Origin: a virus
IMG/VR virus record: IMGVR_UViG_3300032293_001730
Location: 29,894 to 93,893 of that record
Direction: 5' to 3' (one strand)
DNA length: 64,000 nucleotides
How positions within the stretch are numbered: position 1 is the stretch's first letter; every line of letters begins with the position of its first letter. The translations under genes were made by a program, and so were the position numbers. The notes under the pieces are model-generated. The model was not told the DNA's origin. It searched no databases and saw nothing but the letters and a program-made list of their open reading frames with translations. Shown piece after piece: positions 27,884 to 36,717 of the stretch.

Positions 27884-28227
27884 ACGCAATCAGAATCATT
27901 CACCCGCGATGGGAGGACGGCGCCCTCGTGTTCGACGACCCGGCCGTGGGGCTCGTTCGCGAGCCCTTCGTCGCGGGGGCTGACGTGGCGATCGGGCTCC
28001 TGGCGAAGAAAGTCAAAGGATGCAGCCGCGAGTTCTCGCTGCTCTTCTCCGACTCGCCGTTCCCGGGGCATCAGGCGTCGATGAAGTGGCAGAGCGAGGA
28101 GTACGGCGGCAACTGGTATTACTGCAAGCAACTTGGCATGAGCGGCTGGCTGTGTCCGGCGTTGCTCAAGTATTTCGATTCCGCACCGAAGAATCTGTAC
28201 CTCCAGGTCAAGCGAAAGGAGTCTTGA
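27880..28227 (+). CDS. DUF6717-like protein
   Basis: VFDD...GLVREPFVAGAD, FS..PFPG, GGNWY, GWLCPALLKYF. Confidence 0.7.
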   Translation: MNAIRIIHPRWEDGALVFDDPAVGLVREPFVAGADVAIGLLAKKVKGCSREFSLLFSDSPFPGHQASMKWQSEEYGGNWYYCKQLGMSGWLCPALLKYFDSAPKNLYLQVKRKES

Positions 28228-28562
28228 TGATCACGATCGAGAGACATGATGAGTATCGAGTCTCGGAGCGTGTGGTGCTTCGCCCAGGCGACGTGTTCCG
28301 CGCGACCGATGGCCCGTACTGGCGGTCAGGCAAGGACGAGATCAGCTTGAAAGCCCCAGGCCCGTATCGCTTCGTGTCGTTTGCGAAGCGAGGCGCCGTC
28401 GGCTGGATCGAAGCGTTCGACAAGTTTGGCAACTTCACGGTGCTTCACATCGAGGGCCGTCGCAAGAAGATCGACACCGCGATCGTGGCTCGTCCGTACC
28501 GTGTCATCGGAAAAAAGCGGCCTCAATTGCAACGGCTTGACAATAGGAAGAAGGGTCGCTAG
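28227..28562 (+). CDS. Hypothetical protein
   Basis: RBS AAGGAG; coupled. Confidence 0.55.
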   Translation: MITIERHDEYRVSERVVLRPGDVFRATDGPYWRSGKDEISLKAPGPYRFVSFAKRGAVGWIEAFDKFGNFTVLHIEGRRKKIDTAIVARPYRVIGKKRPQLQRLDNRKKGR

Positions 28563-28565
28563 AAT
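28537..28565 (+). promoter_or_regulatory. Sigma70-type promoter without the palindrome
   Basis: TTGACA-17 bp-TAGAAT, preceded by the box-A-like GTGTCATCGG at 28501. Confidence 0.7.
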
Positions 28566-28620
28566 CTTTGGCAGTCAGTCAATAGTCCGGAAACGATAAC
28601 CCATCAGGAGAAAGAAACCC

Positions 28621-29370
28621 ATGAGCGAAAACAACAGCAAGCTGTGCCTGCACGCCGGAGCGGAACTCGTCGACCGTGAGGCGGTCGACGCGGTGCTCAC
28701 GCCGCAGGCGACTGAGACCTGGACGCCGGTGGCCCACGGGCTCCTGGTCGACAGCGTCGAGAACTCCCTCGCCGGGAGCGGGCTCGCCGTCGTCGATCGG
28801 GCGTTCGCCCTCACCAAGGGCGGCGACCGACTGTTCGGGCTTCTCACGCTCGGCGGCGAGGATGGTGGTGGAGACTACGCGTTCACGATCGGCATCCGGA
28901 ACAGCCACGACAAGAAGTTCCCCGTCGGGCTGGCGGCCGGTAGCCGTGTTTTCGTCTGCGACAACCTCGCGTTTTCGAGCGAGGTGGTCATCAAGTCGAA
29001 GCACACGCGTTTCATCCACGATCGTCTGCCGCGTCTCGTGGCCGACGGCGTGGCGGGGCTCGTGCAGCACCGACATGTCCAGGCCCGTCGGATCGAGTGC
29101 TACAAGGAGTTGGAGGTCCGCAGTCAGGCTCACCTGCATGACGTGGTGCTCAAGGCTTACCGCGCCCAGGCGATCCCGGCTCAGGCCATCGCCAAGGTGA
29201 TCGAGGAGTTCGAGGCCCCCCGCCATCCGGAGTTCAACGACTGGACTGGCTGGAGCCTTTTCAACGCGTTCACCGAGACCCTGAAGGGGTTCGGCGAATT
29301 GCAGCGGCGGACGCAACGCCTGCATGGCGTGTTCGACGCGGAGGTCGGCCCGAAGCTCCTGGCGGTGTAG
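28621..29370 (+). CDS. DUF932/DUF945-family protein
   Basis: GIRNSHDK, RVFVCDNLAFS, KHT, WSLFNAFTE. Confidence 0.85.
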   Translation: MSENNSKLCLHAGAELVDREAVDAVLTPQATETWTPVAHGLLVDSVENSLAGSGLAVVDRAFALTKGGDRLFGLLTLGGEDGGGDYAFTIGIRNSHDKKFPVGLAAGSRVFVCDNLAFSSEVVIKSKHTRFIHDRLPRLVADGVAGLVQHRHVQARRIECYKELEVRSQAHLHDVVLKAYRAQAIPAQAIAKVIEEFEAPRHPEFNDWTGWSLFNAFTETLKGFGELQRRTQRLHGVFDAEVGPKLLAV

Positions 29371-29450
29371 TCTCAATGTCTGGATACGAGGCGGGGCGAA
29401 TCGTCGCCCCGCCTCGGCCAGAATTCCTCAAATCACGAAGGGACACGACA

Positions 29451-29801
29451 GTGAAGAAGAAAAAGAAAAAAAGCGAGTTCGCGTGGCCGTTCTCGAAGTG
29501 GCGGCAGGACTGGATCGCCGAGGGCGACCGGCTCATCGCCGAGGCCGAAGACTTGATCGGCGGCAGCCCAGGCGAGGCGAAGCCGATCAACGTCCGGCAG
29601 TGCGTGTACCTGCTCCGCGCCGCAAAGCTGTACGCACGATCGGCACGGTACTACCGCCAAGCCGGCCTGGGGCTCATGGCCCAGGCCTCGTGGCAGGACG
29701 CGGCAGACTGCTACCTGTCGCTCGGAAAAGAAGACGCCGTCGCCTTGTGTGAGGCGAAGGCGAAGGCGATCCCCACCTATTACGACGAGGAGGAAGTTTA
29801 A
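29451..29801 (+). CDS. Hypothetical helical protein
   Basis: GTG start; coupled to the next gene. Confidence 0.5.
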   Translation: MKKKKKKSEFAWPFSKWRQDWIAEGDRLIAEAEDLIGGSPGEAKPINVRQCVYLLRAAKLYARSARYYRQAGLGLMAQASWQDAADCYLSLGKEDAVALCEAKAKAIPTYYDEEEV

Positions 29802-30091
29802 TGTCTTTCGTTGCAAGCGTGTTTTTCAACAACGAGCGAGAGTTTGGAGTTGCGGTGAGCAAGGTCGAGGTCCTTGGAAAAACCGATCGAAACGTCGCCT
29901 TGTCGTTCGAGACCGGGCACATCTCCGTTCGTGGGTTGGACGAGGTCTGCGAGACGGCCGATGAGGCCTGCGACAAGGCGATCAAAGAGATCGAGTCGAG
30001 AAAGGCCAAGCTGATCGAATCGTATGATTCCCTCCTGGAGGACGTGGAAAAGAAGCGGCAGGCACTTGCCTCCGCTGTCGTCGTCGGTTAA
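29801..30091 (+). CDS. Hypothetical protein
   Basis: RBS GGAGG; TAATG coupling. Confidence 0.55.
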   Translation: MSFVASVFFNNEREFGVAVSKVEVLGKTDRNVALSFETGHISVRGLDEVCETADEACDKAIKEIESRKAKLIESYDSLLEDVEKKRQALASAVVVG

Positions 30092-30138
30092 TCTCCCTTC
30101 CCACAACACAAAGTACGGATACAGGTAGGCACAGAGAC

Positions 30139-31503
30139 ATGGACGTCCCCCCGTGGGGGCACCAACAGTCCGGATCGGACTGGCTGGTGTCTCGACAATT
30201 TGGCTATTTGGGCCACGAGGTCGGCTGCGGCAAGAGCCGCACGCTCCTCATGGCCGTCCGAGACAGGCGACTCGTCCTGCTCGTGTGCCCGATCGCCGTC
30301 GGCCCTGCCTGGATCAAGCAGGTCAAGCTGTTCGCCGGCGACCGCAACGTCGTCGTCGTCGTCGAGGGCTCGGCGACGAAGCGGGCGAAGGCCATCCGCG
30401 ACTCGCTTGCCACGGATGGCAAGCTGCTCGTCGTCGTCAACTACGACTCTGCCTACCGAGGCGAGGTCGGGAAGGCTCTGCAATCGACTCAGTGGGACGC
30501 CATCGTCTGCGACGAGTCTCACAGGATCAAGTCGCACACAGGCAAGGCGTCGAAGTTCCTGGCGAAACTCGCCAGGGCCAATCCGCAGTCTCTGCGGGTC
30601 TGCATGTCCGGAACGCCGACGCCCAACAATCCGCTCGACTGGTTCGCGCAGTTTCGGTTCCTCGACCCGTCGGTGCTCGGCGAGAACTACCACTCGTTCA
30701 AGAATCGCATTGCGATCACGCACCCCCGCTATCCGGGATGGATCACGGGCTTTAGAGACGAGGCTCTGGCCTCACTCAGGACGCGGATCGACGAGCACAT
30801 TCACCGGGTTAAAGCCGACGACGTGCTCACTCTGCCGGACGCGATTCACACCACGATCCCTGTCACGATCAACGCGACCGTCAGGAAGTTCTACAGCGAC
30901 ATGGAGGCCGATCAGATCGCCCGCCTTGAACGCGGCGAGGCGGTGACGGCCGCGAATGCGATGGTGGTCGTCGGCCGGCTCCAGGCCGCTGCCAGCGGTT
31001 TCGCCCGCGCTGATGGATCGGACGTGTTCGAGCGAATCGCCGGCGAGCCGGACAAGCGGCTTGCCCTTCGAGAGTTCCTCGCGGATTTCCCGCAGCGGGA
31101 GCCGCTCGTCGTGTTCGTGAAATTCATCGAGGACCTGCGGGAGGTCGCCGAGGAATGCAAGGCCGGCGGACGCACAGTGTCGCTGCTCTGCGGGGCGACG
31201 AAGCAACTCATTGACTGGCAGGAAGGCCTGACGGACGTGATCGTCGTCCAGCAACAGGCCGGCGGCGCCGGTGTGGACCTCACGCGGGCGAGCTACTGCG
31301 TGTACTACTCGCTGTCGCACAGCCTGGGTGACTTCGAGCAATCGCTCGGCCGGCTGCGTCGCCCAGGCCAGAAGAACTGCGTCCGCTACTACCACCTCGT
31401 CGCCGAGGGGACGGTCGACGAGGACATCTACGCAGCGTTGCAAGACAAGTCGGACATCGTGGAGTCGATTCTTTCAAACCTGACGAGGAGGGTGGCAGCA
31501 TGA
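30139..31503 (+). CDS. SNF2-like SF2 helicase
   Basis: GCGKS, DESH, SGTP, GVDLT, QSLGRLRRPGQ. Confidence 0.9.
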   Translation: MDVPPWGHQQSGSDWLVSRQFGYLGHEVGCGKSRTLLMAVRDRRLVLLVCPIAVGPAWIKQVKLFAGDRNVVVVVEGSATKRAKAIRDSLATDGKLLVVVNYDSAYRGEVGKALQSTQWDAIVCDESHRIKSHTGKASKFLAKLARANPQSLRVCMSGTPTPNNPLDWFAQFRFLDPSVLGENYHSFKNRIAITHPRYPGWITGFRDEALASLRTRIDEHIHRVKADDVLTLPDAIHTTIPVTINATVRKFYSDMEADQIARLERGEAVTAANAMVVVGRLQAAASGFARADGSDVFERIAGEPDKRLALREFLADFPQREPLVVFVKFIEDLREVAEECKAGGRTVSLLCGATKQLIDWQEGLTDVIVVQQQAGGAGVDLTRASYCVYYSLSHSLGDFEQSLGRLRRPGQKNCVRYYHLVAEGTVDEDIYAALQDKSDIVESILSNLTRRVAA

Positions 31504-32339
31504 TTACACATAGTCTGGATACAGGACTTCGTGTCGACTACGACATGGCGAACGAGGTCTATCACGCCGAGAAGAAACACAAGAGCCGTTCTCAGGTCCA
31601 CCGCTATCGCGGCGTGCTCGGCGGCCGGGCCCAGCGGTACGCCGAAGTCCTGGGCAAGAGCCTGTTCAGCGGCAACTCGGCCACGAGCTTCGGATCGCTC
31701 GTCGACGCGGCGTTCGAGGCAGTGGTTCGTGGAGTCGACTGGCGGTCTCGCTGTGTCGTGCCCCCGCCGGGTGTCCTCGCATCGGACGGCAGTCGTCGAG
31801 GCAACGCGTTCAAGGAGTGGCGTTCGAGCTTGCCCGTCGGGGCCGTCGAGTGCTCGGAGTCTGATTTCGGCAAGTGTGCGGACATGATCGCGAGCCTCTG
31901 GGAGCACAAGGCCGCCAAGGCCCTGATGGATCAGGTCGCACACTCGCAGATGAGTGTGTTCTGGGCCGACGCCAACGGGCACAGGCGGAAGGCTCGTGCC
32001 GACGGCGTGACGCGATCCGGCGCGTGGTTCGACCTGAAGACGACGAGCAGCGAGTGGCGGGAACTCAAGTGGTCCTTCCGCCGGTTCGGCTACGACTGGC
32101 AGGCGTCTTGGTACTCACAAGCGGCGGCAGCGGCCGGTGCTGATCCTTTCGTGTTCAAGTTCATCGTCGTGCAGAGCTTCGCTCCTTACGACGTGAAGGT
32201 CGTGTCTCTCAAGCCCGAGGCCATCGAGCGGGCTCGGATCGAGATCGACGAGACGCTCTTCGAGATGCATCGTCGCGAGCAGACCGGCGAGTACGTCGCC
32301 GAGTCGTATCACGAGGAAGAGGTGCTCGACCTCGACTGA
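31500..32339 (+). CDS. RecE/exonuclease VIII-like PD-(D/E)XK nuclease (DUF3799-like)
   Basis: YHA..S.S, FGSLVD, KARAD...DLKTT, YDWQASWY. Confidence 0.8.
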   Translation: MITHSLDTGLRVDYDMANEVYHAEKKHKSRSQVHRYRGVLGGRAQRYAEVLGKSLFSGNSATSFGSLVDAAFEAVVRGVDWRSRCVVPPPGVLASDGSRRGNAFKEWRSSLPVGAVECSESDFGKCADMIASLWEHKAAKALMDQVAHSQMSVFWADANGHRRKARADGVTRSGAWFDLKTTSSEWRELKWSFRRFGYDWQASWYSQAAAAAGADPFVFKFIVVQSFAPYDVKVVSLKPEAIERARIEIDETLFEMHRREQTGEYVAESYHEEEVLDLD

Positions 32340-32424
32340 AGTCTTTAGCGACCAGAACCCGTCCGCGTCGCGGCGGTGTGTCTGTTCGTTGGTTGGTGGT
32401 AGGTAAAGAAAGGAGTTGACATAA

Positions 32425-33192
32425 ATGTCAACAACTCTTGCGGTAGCTGGTTCGTTCCGTGCCCTCGCTCCTAACAGCGAGATCGCGGAGGTCATCCAGG
32501 CGAACCTCGGTGGCGGTTCGCTGCGTCGGTCGGACCTGACGTTCGTCAAGATTCCGACGGGTGGTAGCACCCGCTGGAACTGGTCGGTCGCGGGCAACGA
32601 GTTTTCGGAGAAGAGCATCACGGGCCTGTGTGTCGTGGCGACTCGGACGGAGTACAACCTCTGGCCGCAGTCGACCGCGACGCCCGGCAGTCTTCCGTAC
32701 CTTCGTTCGCTCGACGGTGTGGTCGGGCACAAGGTCGGAGACGATCACGGCGACCTGGACCTGAAGGTCCTCGAAGCCGCGAAGAATGCGGACGGCACCT
32801 ATCGGTGGAAGGACCTGCCGTACTGCCAGTGGCAGGACCGGACCCCTCCCCGTGCGAAGCCGTCTCGCGTGGTCGGCGTTCTCCGCGAGGAGGACGCAAG
32901 TCCTTTGTTCGTGCAGATTTCTCCGACGAGCCTCAAGCCCGTCGAGGACTTTCTGCGTGCTCTCGCTGCTCAGTTCGTCCCGCACTACCGTGCGATCGTC
33001 GAACTGACGCTCGAAAAGCGGAAGGGTGCTCGGGCCGACTACGCCGCGATCGTGTGCCGCCATGTCGGCACGATCGGACAGGATGAGGGTGAACGGGCCA
33101 AGGCCTTGTTCACAACGTCCCTCACGCCTGTGTTGACCGGAGGCATCTCGCAGATCGCCCCTCGGTCGGCCGACAACGCGGTGCCCTTCTAG
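32425..33192 (+). CDS. Putative ssDNA-binding/recombination protein
   Basis: Lies between the nuclease and the primase; VKIPTGG; C-terminal ..DNAVPF like an SSB tail. Confidence 0.5.
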   Translation: MSTTLAVAGSFRALAPNSEIAEVIQANLGGGSLRRSDLTFVKIPTGGSTRWNWSVAGNEFSEKSITGLCVVATRTEYNLWPQSTATPGSLPYLRSLDGVVGHKVGDDHGDLDLKVLEAAKNADGTYRWKDLPYCQWQDRTPPRAKPSRVVGVLREEDASPLFVQISPTSLKPVEDFLRALAAQFVPHYRAIVELTLEKRKGARADYAAIVCRHVGTIGQDEGERAKALFTTSLTPVLTGGISQIAPRSADNAVPF

Positions 33193-33206
33193 TTGATTGT
33201 CTGGAT

Positions 33207-33249
33207 ACGGGGGCCCCGGCTGTCGGGGCCCCCGTCTTTTTCTTTTTTC
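33207..33249 (+). terminator. Intrinsic terminator
   Basis: ACGGGGGCCCCG/CGGGGCCCCCGT 12-bp stem plus a long T tract. Confidence 0.85.
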
Positions 33250-33264
33250 ACGGAGGAATTCACA

Positions 33265-34878
33265 GTGCCCTACGATCCCAACGAAATCTTCGCGGCCGCC
33301 GCCGCTCTCGCCGCGCTCGGCATGAAGGTGGTCAAGCTCTACGGAGTCCGCGAGGACGGCTCCTGCACCTGCTCGAAGGGCCGTGCCTGCCCGAGCATCG
33401 GGAAGCACCCGGCCGGCGAAGGCTGGCAGCACCTCGCCACCGACAACGAGGAAGAGATCGCGACGTGGTTCGAGGACGTGAACGACAACATCCGATGGAA
33501 CATCGGCGTCCGCCTGGGGCGAGTCTCTGGCATCGTCGACGTCGAGGCCGATGACGAGCACGCCATCGAGGTGATGAAGCGGTTCGGGCTCGATCAGATC
33601 GACACCACGGCCTACAAGGGCTCGCGAGGGCCGCACTACTTGTTCCAGTACGACAGCGACCTGCCTGACGTCGGCGTCGTCAAGGTCGACGGCCTGGAGG
33701 TCCGGATCGGCGGCGGCGAGATGGCGTCGCAGTCAGTCTTCCCGAAGTCCTGGCATCGGACAGGCGTGCAGTACGACTGGCTGCCTGGGCGGTCTCCTGA
33801 AGACGTGAAGCCGGCAAGGCTGCCTGACGATTTCAAGGAGGCGGTGATCGCCAACTCGAAGGCGAAGGGCTCGGGGGTCATTCAACAGGCCCGCGACATC
33901 CTGGCCGGCGAAGAGAAGGTCGGGGAAGGCGGGCGACACGCGTTCCTGCTCGGGATCGCCTCGTGGCTCGCGCAGCAATGCCGAGACTTCTCGGACTCTG
34001 ACCGTGTCCGCCTGACGACGATCCTCAGGTCGGTGAATCAGTTCAAGTGTGCTGTCCCGAAGACAGACGAAGAGATTCGCAAGCTCGCGAACGATCAGTT
34101 CGACCACTACCGAAACCGTCACCTGGAGCGGAACGCACGTCGACCGCTGGAGCAATTCGGCCTGGAGTGGGACCCGGTCGCGAGAGAGTACGAGCCGGGC
34201 CAGTGGCATCTGGCGGTCGTCCACTCAGACCCGACGATGTACCGACTCATCATCCCACACCTGGAACGAGGCAAGGGGTATCGCCCGTATCAGATTCCCC
34301 TCGACAGCAATCAGCTTCTATCGCCGAAGGCGGTGGCGGCCGCAGTGCTGGCGGTGACAAAGAAAATGGACCTGCACGATCCCAACCCAGGCCGCTGGAG
34401 CAGCATCTGGAACGGCGAGCAGGTCGAGAACGAGGCCGGCGAGCGGAGACAGGTCCGGAGCCTCAGGGCGAAGCTGCTCGGCTCATGCTCTGACGAGCAT
34501 CCGAGCGAGGACGTGATGAGGTATGCCTACGTTGCCGGTCAGTTGCTCAACTACCTGCGCGGCTTCGAGAAGTTCACCGGCGACCAGGAAGACGATCTGC
34601 CCAACCCGAGCGGCGTCCCCAAGTGGCGTCGAGTCTCCAGGGGCGGCGTCTCCCGGGACGAGTTGTGGCTCAAGTGGGGCGAGACCTGGGACCGTGTCCG
34701 CCAGAAGAACAACTCGATCACCCCGAAGGACATCTCGGACCTGCGGTCGAGACTCCTGGAGGCGGTGGGCGAGAAGGAGTTCGCCTCCGAGAAGCTCACC
34801 GTCGCCGGGACTCTCGGTCGGTGGCGGATTTGGGGAGACGCCCACATCCGCGCCCTCGAACGCCTGTCCGGCATCTGA
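33265..34878 (+). CDS. Bifunctional DNA primase/polymerase (Prim-Pol) domain protein
   Basis: CTC..CPSIGKHP, NIGVRLG, DVEAD, RGPHYLF, PKSWH.TG..Y.W; PriCT-like EGGRHAFL. Confidence 0.85.
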   Translation: MPYDPNEIFAAAAALAALGMKVVKLYGVREDGSCTCSKGRACPSIGKHPAGEGWQHLATDNEEEIATWFEDVNDNIRWNIGVRLGRVSGIVDVEADDEHAIEVMKRFGLDQIDTTAYKGSRGPHYLFQYDSDLPDVGVVKVDGLEVRIGGGEMASQSVFPKSWHRTGVQYDWLPGRSPEDVKPARLPDDFKEAVIANSKAKGSGVIQQARDILAGEEKVGEGGRHAFLLGIASWLAQQCRDFSDSDRVRLTTILRSVNQFKCAVPKTDEEIRKLANDQFDHYRNRHLERNARRPLEQFGLEWDPVAREYEPGQWHLAVVHSDPTMYRLIIPHLERGKGYRPYQIPLDSNQLLSPKAVAAAVLAVTKKMDLHDPNPGRWSSIWNGEQVENEAGERRQVRSLRAKLLGSCSDEHPSEDVMRYAYVAGQLLNYLRGFEKFTGDQEDDLPNPSGVPKWRRVSRGGVSRDELWLKWGETWDRVRQKNNSITPKDISDLRSRLLEAVGEKEFASEKLTVAGTLGRWRIWGDAHIRALERLSGI

Positions 34879-35045
34879 TGGCAAAAACCGCGAACTCCAT
34901 ATAGGGACTCTTTTTCATCCAGACAGTTCCAAACAGAAGTTCAAAGTTCAAACAGTAGAGAATGTTGTCTCGAAGTCTTTTAAAGATAAGAGTTTAGGTC
35001 CTTATATAGAAAAGAACTTTTTTGTCCAAAAGGCTGGTTCAAGGA
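34879..35045. other. AT-rich intergenic segment, candidate replication origin
   Basis: Abrupt AT enrichment; three AGTTC(C)AAA repeats at 34925-34950; lies between primase and helicase. Confidence 0.5.
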
Positions 35046-35052
35046 GGGCGTG

Positions 35053-36717
35053 ATGGGAAGTCAGGAAAGATGCATAGGCGGGGCAGGTACGGGAAAGACG
35101 AGGCTCATCGAGGCCAAGCTCACACAGGCTCGCGAGGAGCTTGGCCTCGATACGGACGAGGTTGGCCTCTGCACGTTCACGCGGGCGGGGAGGCAGGAAC
35201 TATCGGAGCGGGTGGCGGCCTCGTGGGGCGTCGACGTTGAGGCCCTGACGAAGCACGGCTGGTTCCGGACGGCGCACTCGATCGCCTTCAAGCAGTCCGG
35301 GGTCGAGGAAGGAGCCCTGATCGAAGGCAAGGACGGAGCCGAGTGGACCGGCCACGCGATCGGGGCCCGCATCTCGATCTCCCAAGGTCGGGGGGGAGAC
35401 GTGGAGTACGAGGCGACCGAAGGCGATCGTGACGCCGCCATCAGCCTCCAGGCTTGGGAACTTGCCCGCCAGTCGCTCAGGCCACTCGCCAGCGTGATCG
35501 AGGAGCAGCGGAGGCTCGGGGACGATTCTGTCACACTGTCGACGGCCAGGGTATTCGTGGAGAAGTACGAGCGGGCGAAGGCTCGCGAGGGGCGTCTCGA
35601 CTTCACTGACGTCGTCAGTCGGTTTGGTGGAGTCAAAAATACCATCGAGGGGCCGGTGGATACGGACCCGATCGGTGAATTGCCGGAGAGACTCCGCGTG
35701 CTCGCGGTCGACGAGGCTCAGGACTCATCGGCGATCGTCGACCGAATCTGCCGCCGCCTTGCATCGTCGCCCAGCATGGAGAGAGTGTTCCTCGTCGGAG
35801 ACCCGTACCAAAGTGTGTTCGGCTTCGGCGGAAGCGACTATCGCCACTTCCTGTCGTGGGACGCAAACGAAGAAATCATGCCCCAGAGCTATCGCTGCCC
35901 GGCTAACGTGATGGCTCTCGGCGAGCGATGCCTACGGCAGATGAAGCGTGGCTACCGCGACAGGAAGATCAAGCCGGCGCCGCACAAGGGCACGATCCGC
36001 GAGGCGTCCGCAGCCGAGGAAGCCGTCGGCAGAATCGACCCCTCGCGGTCGACGCTCATCCTGGCTCGGTGTGCCTTCTCGCTCGCCGAGTACGAAGCCT
36101 CGCTCAAGGAACGGAAAATCCCCTTTTCGTGGATCGACAAAGTCCACGGCGAGTCGACATTGTCTGGATACAAGGCACTCTGGGACCTGGAGCACGGCCA
36201 GATCGTGAGCGGCGAGGACTGGGCGAATGCCATCGCGATGATCGCCGTCGCGAGCAAGTCGCTCGGCAAGCTCCTGCACCACGGCGAGAAGACGGCCTGG
36301 AAACAGGGAAAGCGGTCGAACGTGGACTTCGTGCTGCCGACGCCCGAGATCATGTCGATCGCCGGCTGCACCGAGACGCTCTCCCACCTGATCCTTGCCG
36401 GCAGGTGGCCGTCCGCCCTCGAAGACAAACACGGCGTGAAGGCTGCGGACTGGAGGGCTGCGGCCGTGGCCCATGGCGTGGACGTGGCGAGCAATCCACG
36501 GGTCAGGCTCTCGACGATTCACTCAGCAAAAGGGTGCGAGGCCGACGACGTCATCCTGAGCACGGTTTCCAGTCGAGCCGTGGAGAACGCGAGGCTGGCC
36601 TTGGATGAGAGGCATGACGAGGAGTGTCGCGTGAACTATGTGGCCGTCACACGGGCGAGGGAGAATCTCATTGTGGTGGGCGATGGACGCCAACATCGAC
36701 TGGAGATTCCCGTATGA
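35053..36717 (+). CDS. UvrD/Rep-like SF1 helicase
   Basis: GGAGTGKT, DEAQD, GDPYQS, QSYRCP, TIHSAKGCEAD, YVAVTRAR. Confidence 0.92.
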   Translation: MGSQERCIGGAGTGKTRLIEAKLTQAREELGLDTDEVGLCTFTRAGRQELSERVAASWGVDVEALTKHGWFRTAHSIAFKQSGVEEGALIEGKDGAEWTGHAIGARISISQGRGGDVEYEATEGDRDAAISLQAWELARQSLRPLASVIEEQRRLGDDSVTLSTARVFVEKYERAKAREGRLDFTDVVSRFGGVKNTIEGPVDTDPIGELPERLRVLAVDEAQDSSAIVDRICRRLASSPSMERVFLVGDPYQSVFGFGGSDYRHFLSWDANEEIMPQSYRCPANVMALGERCLRQMKRGYRDRKIKPAPHKGTIREASAAEEAVGRIDPSRSTLILARCAFSLAEYEASLKERKIPFSWIDKVHGESTLSGYKALWDLEHGQIVSGEDWANAIAMIAVASKSLGKLLHHGEKTAWKQGKRSNVDFVLPTPEIMSIAGCTETLSHLILAGRWPSALEDKHGVKAADWRAAAVAHGVDVASNPRVRLSTIHSAKGCEADDVILSTVSSRAVENARLALDERHDEECRVNYVAVTRARENLIVVGDGRQHRLEIPV

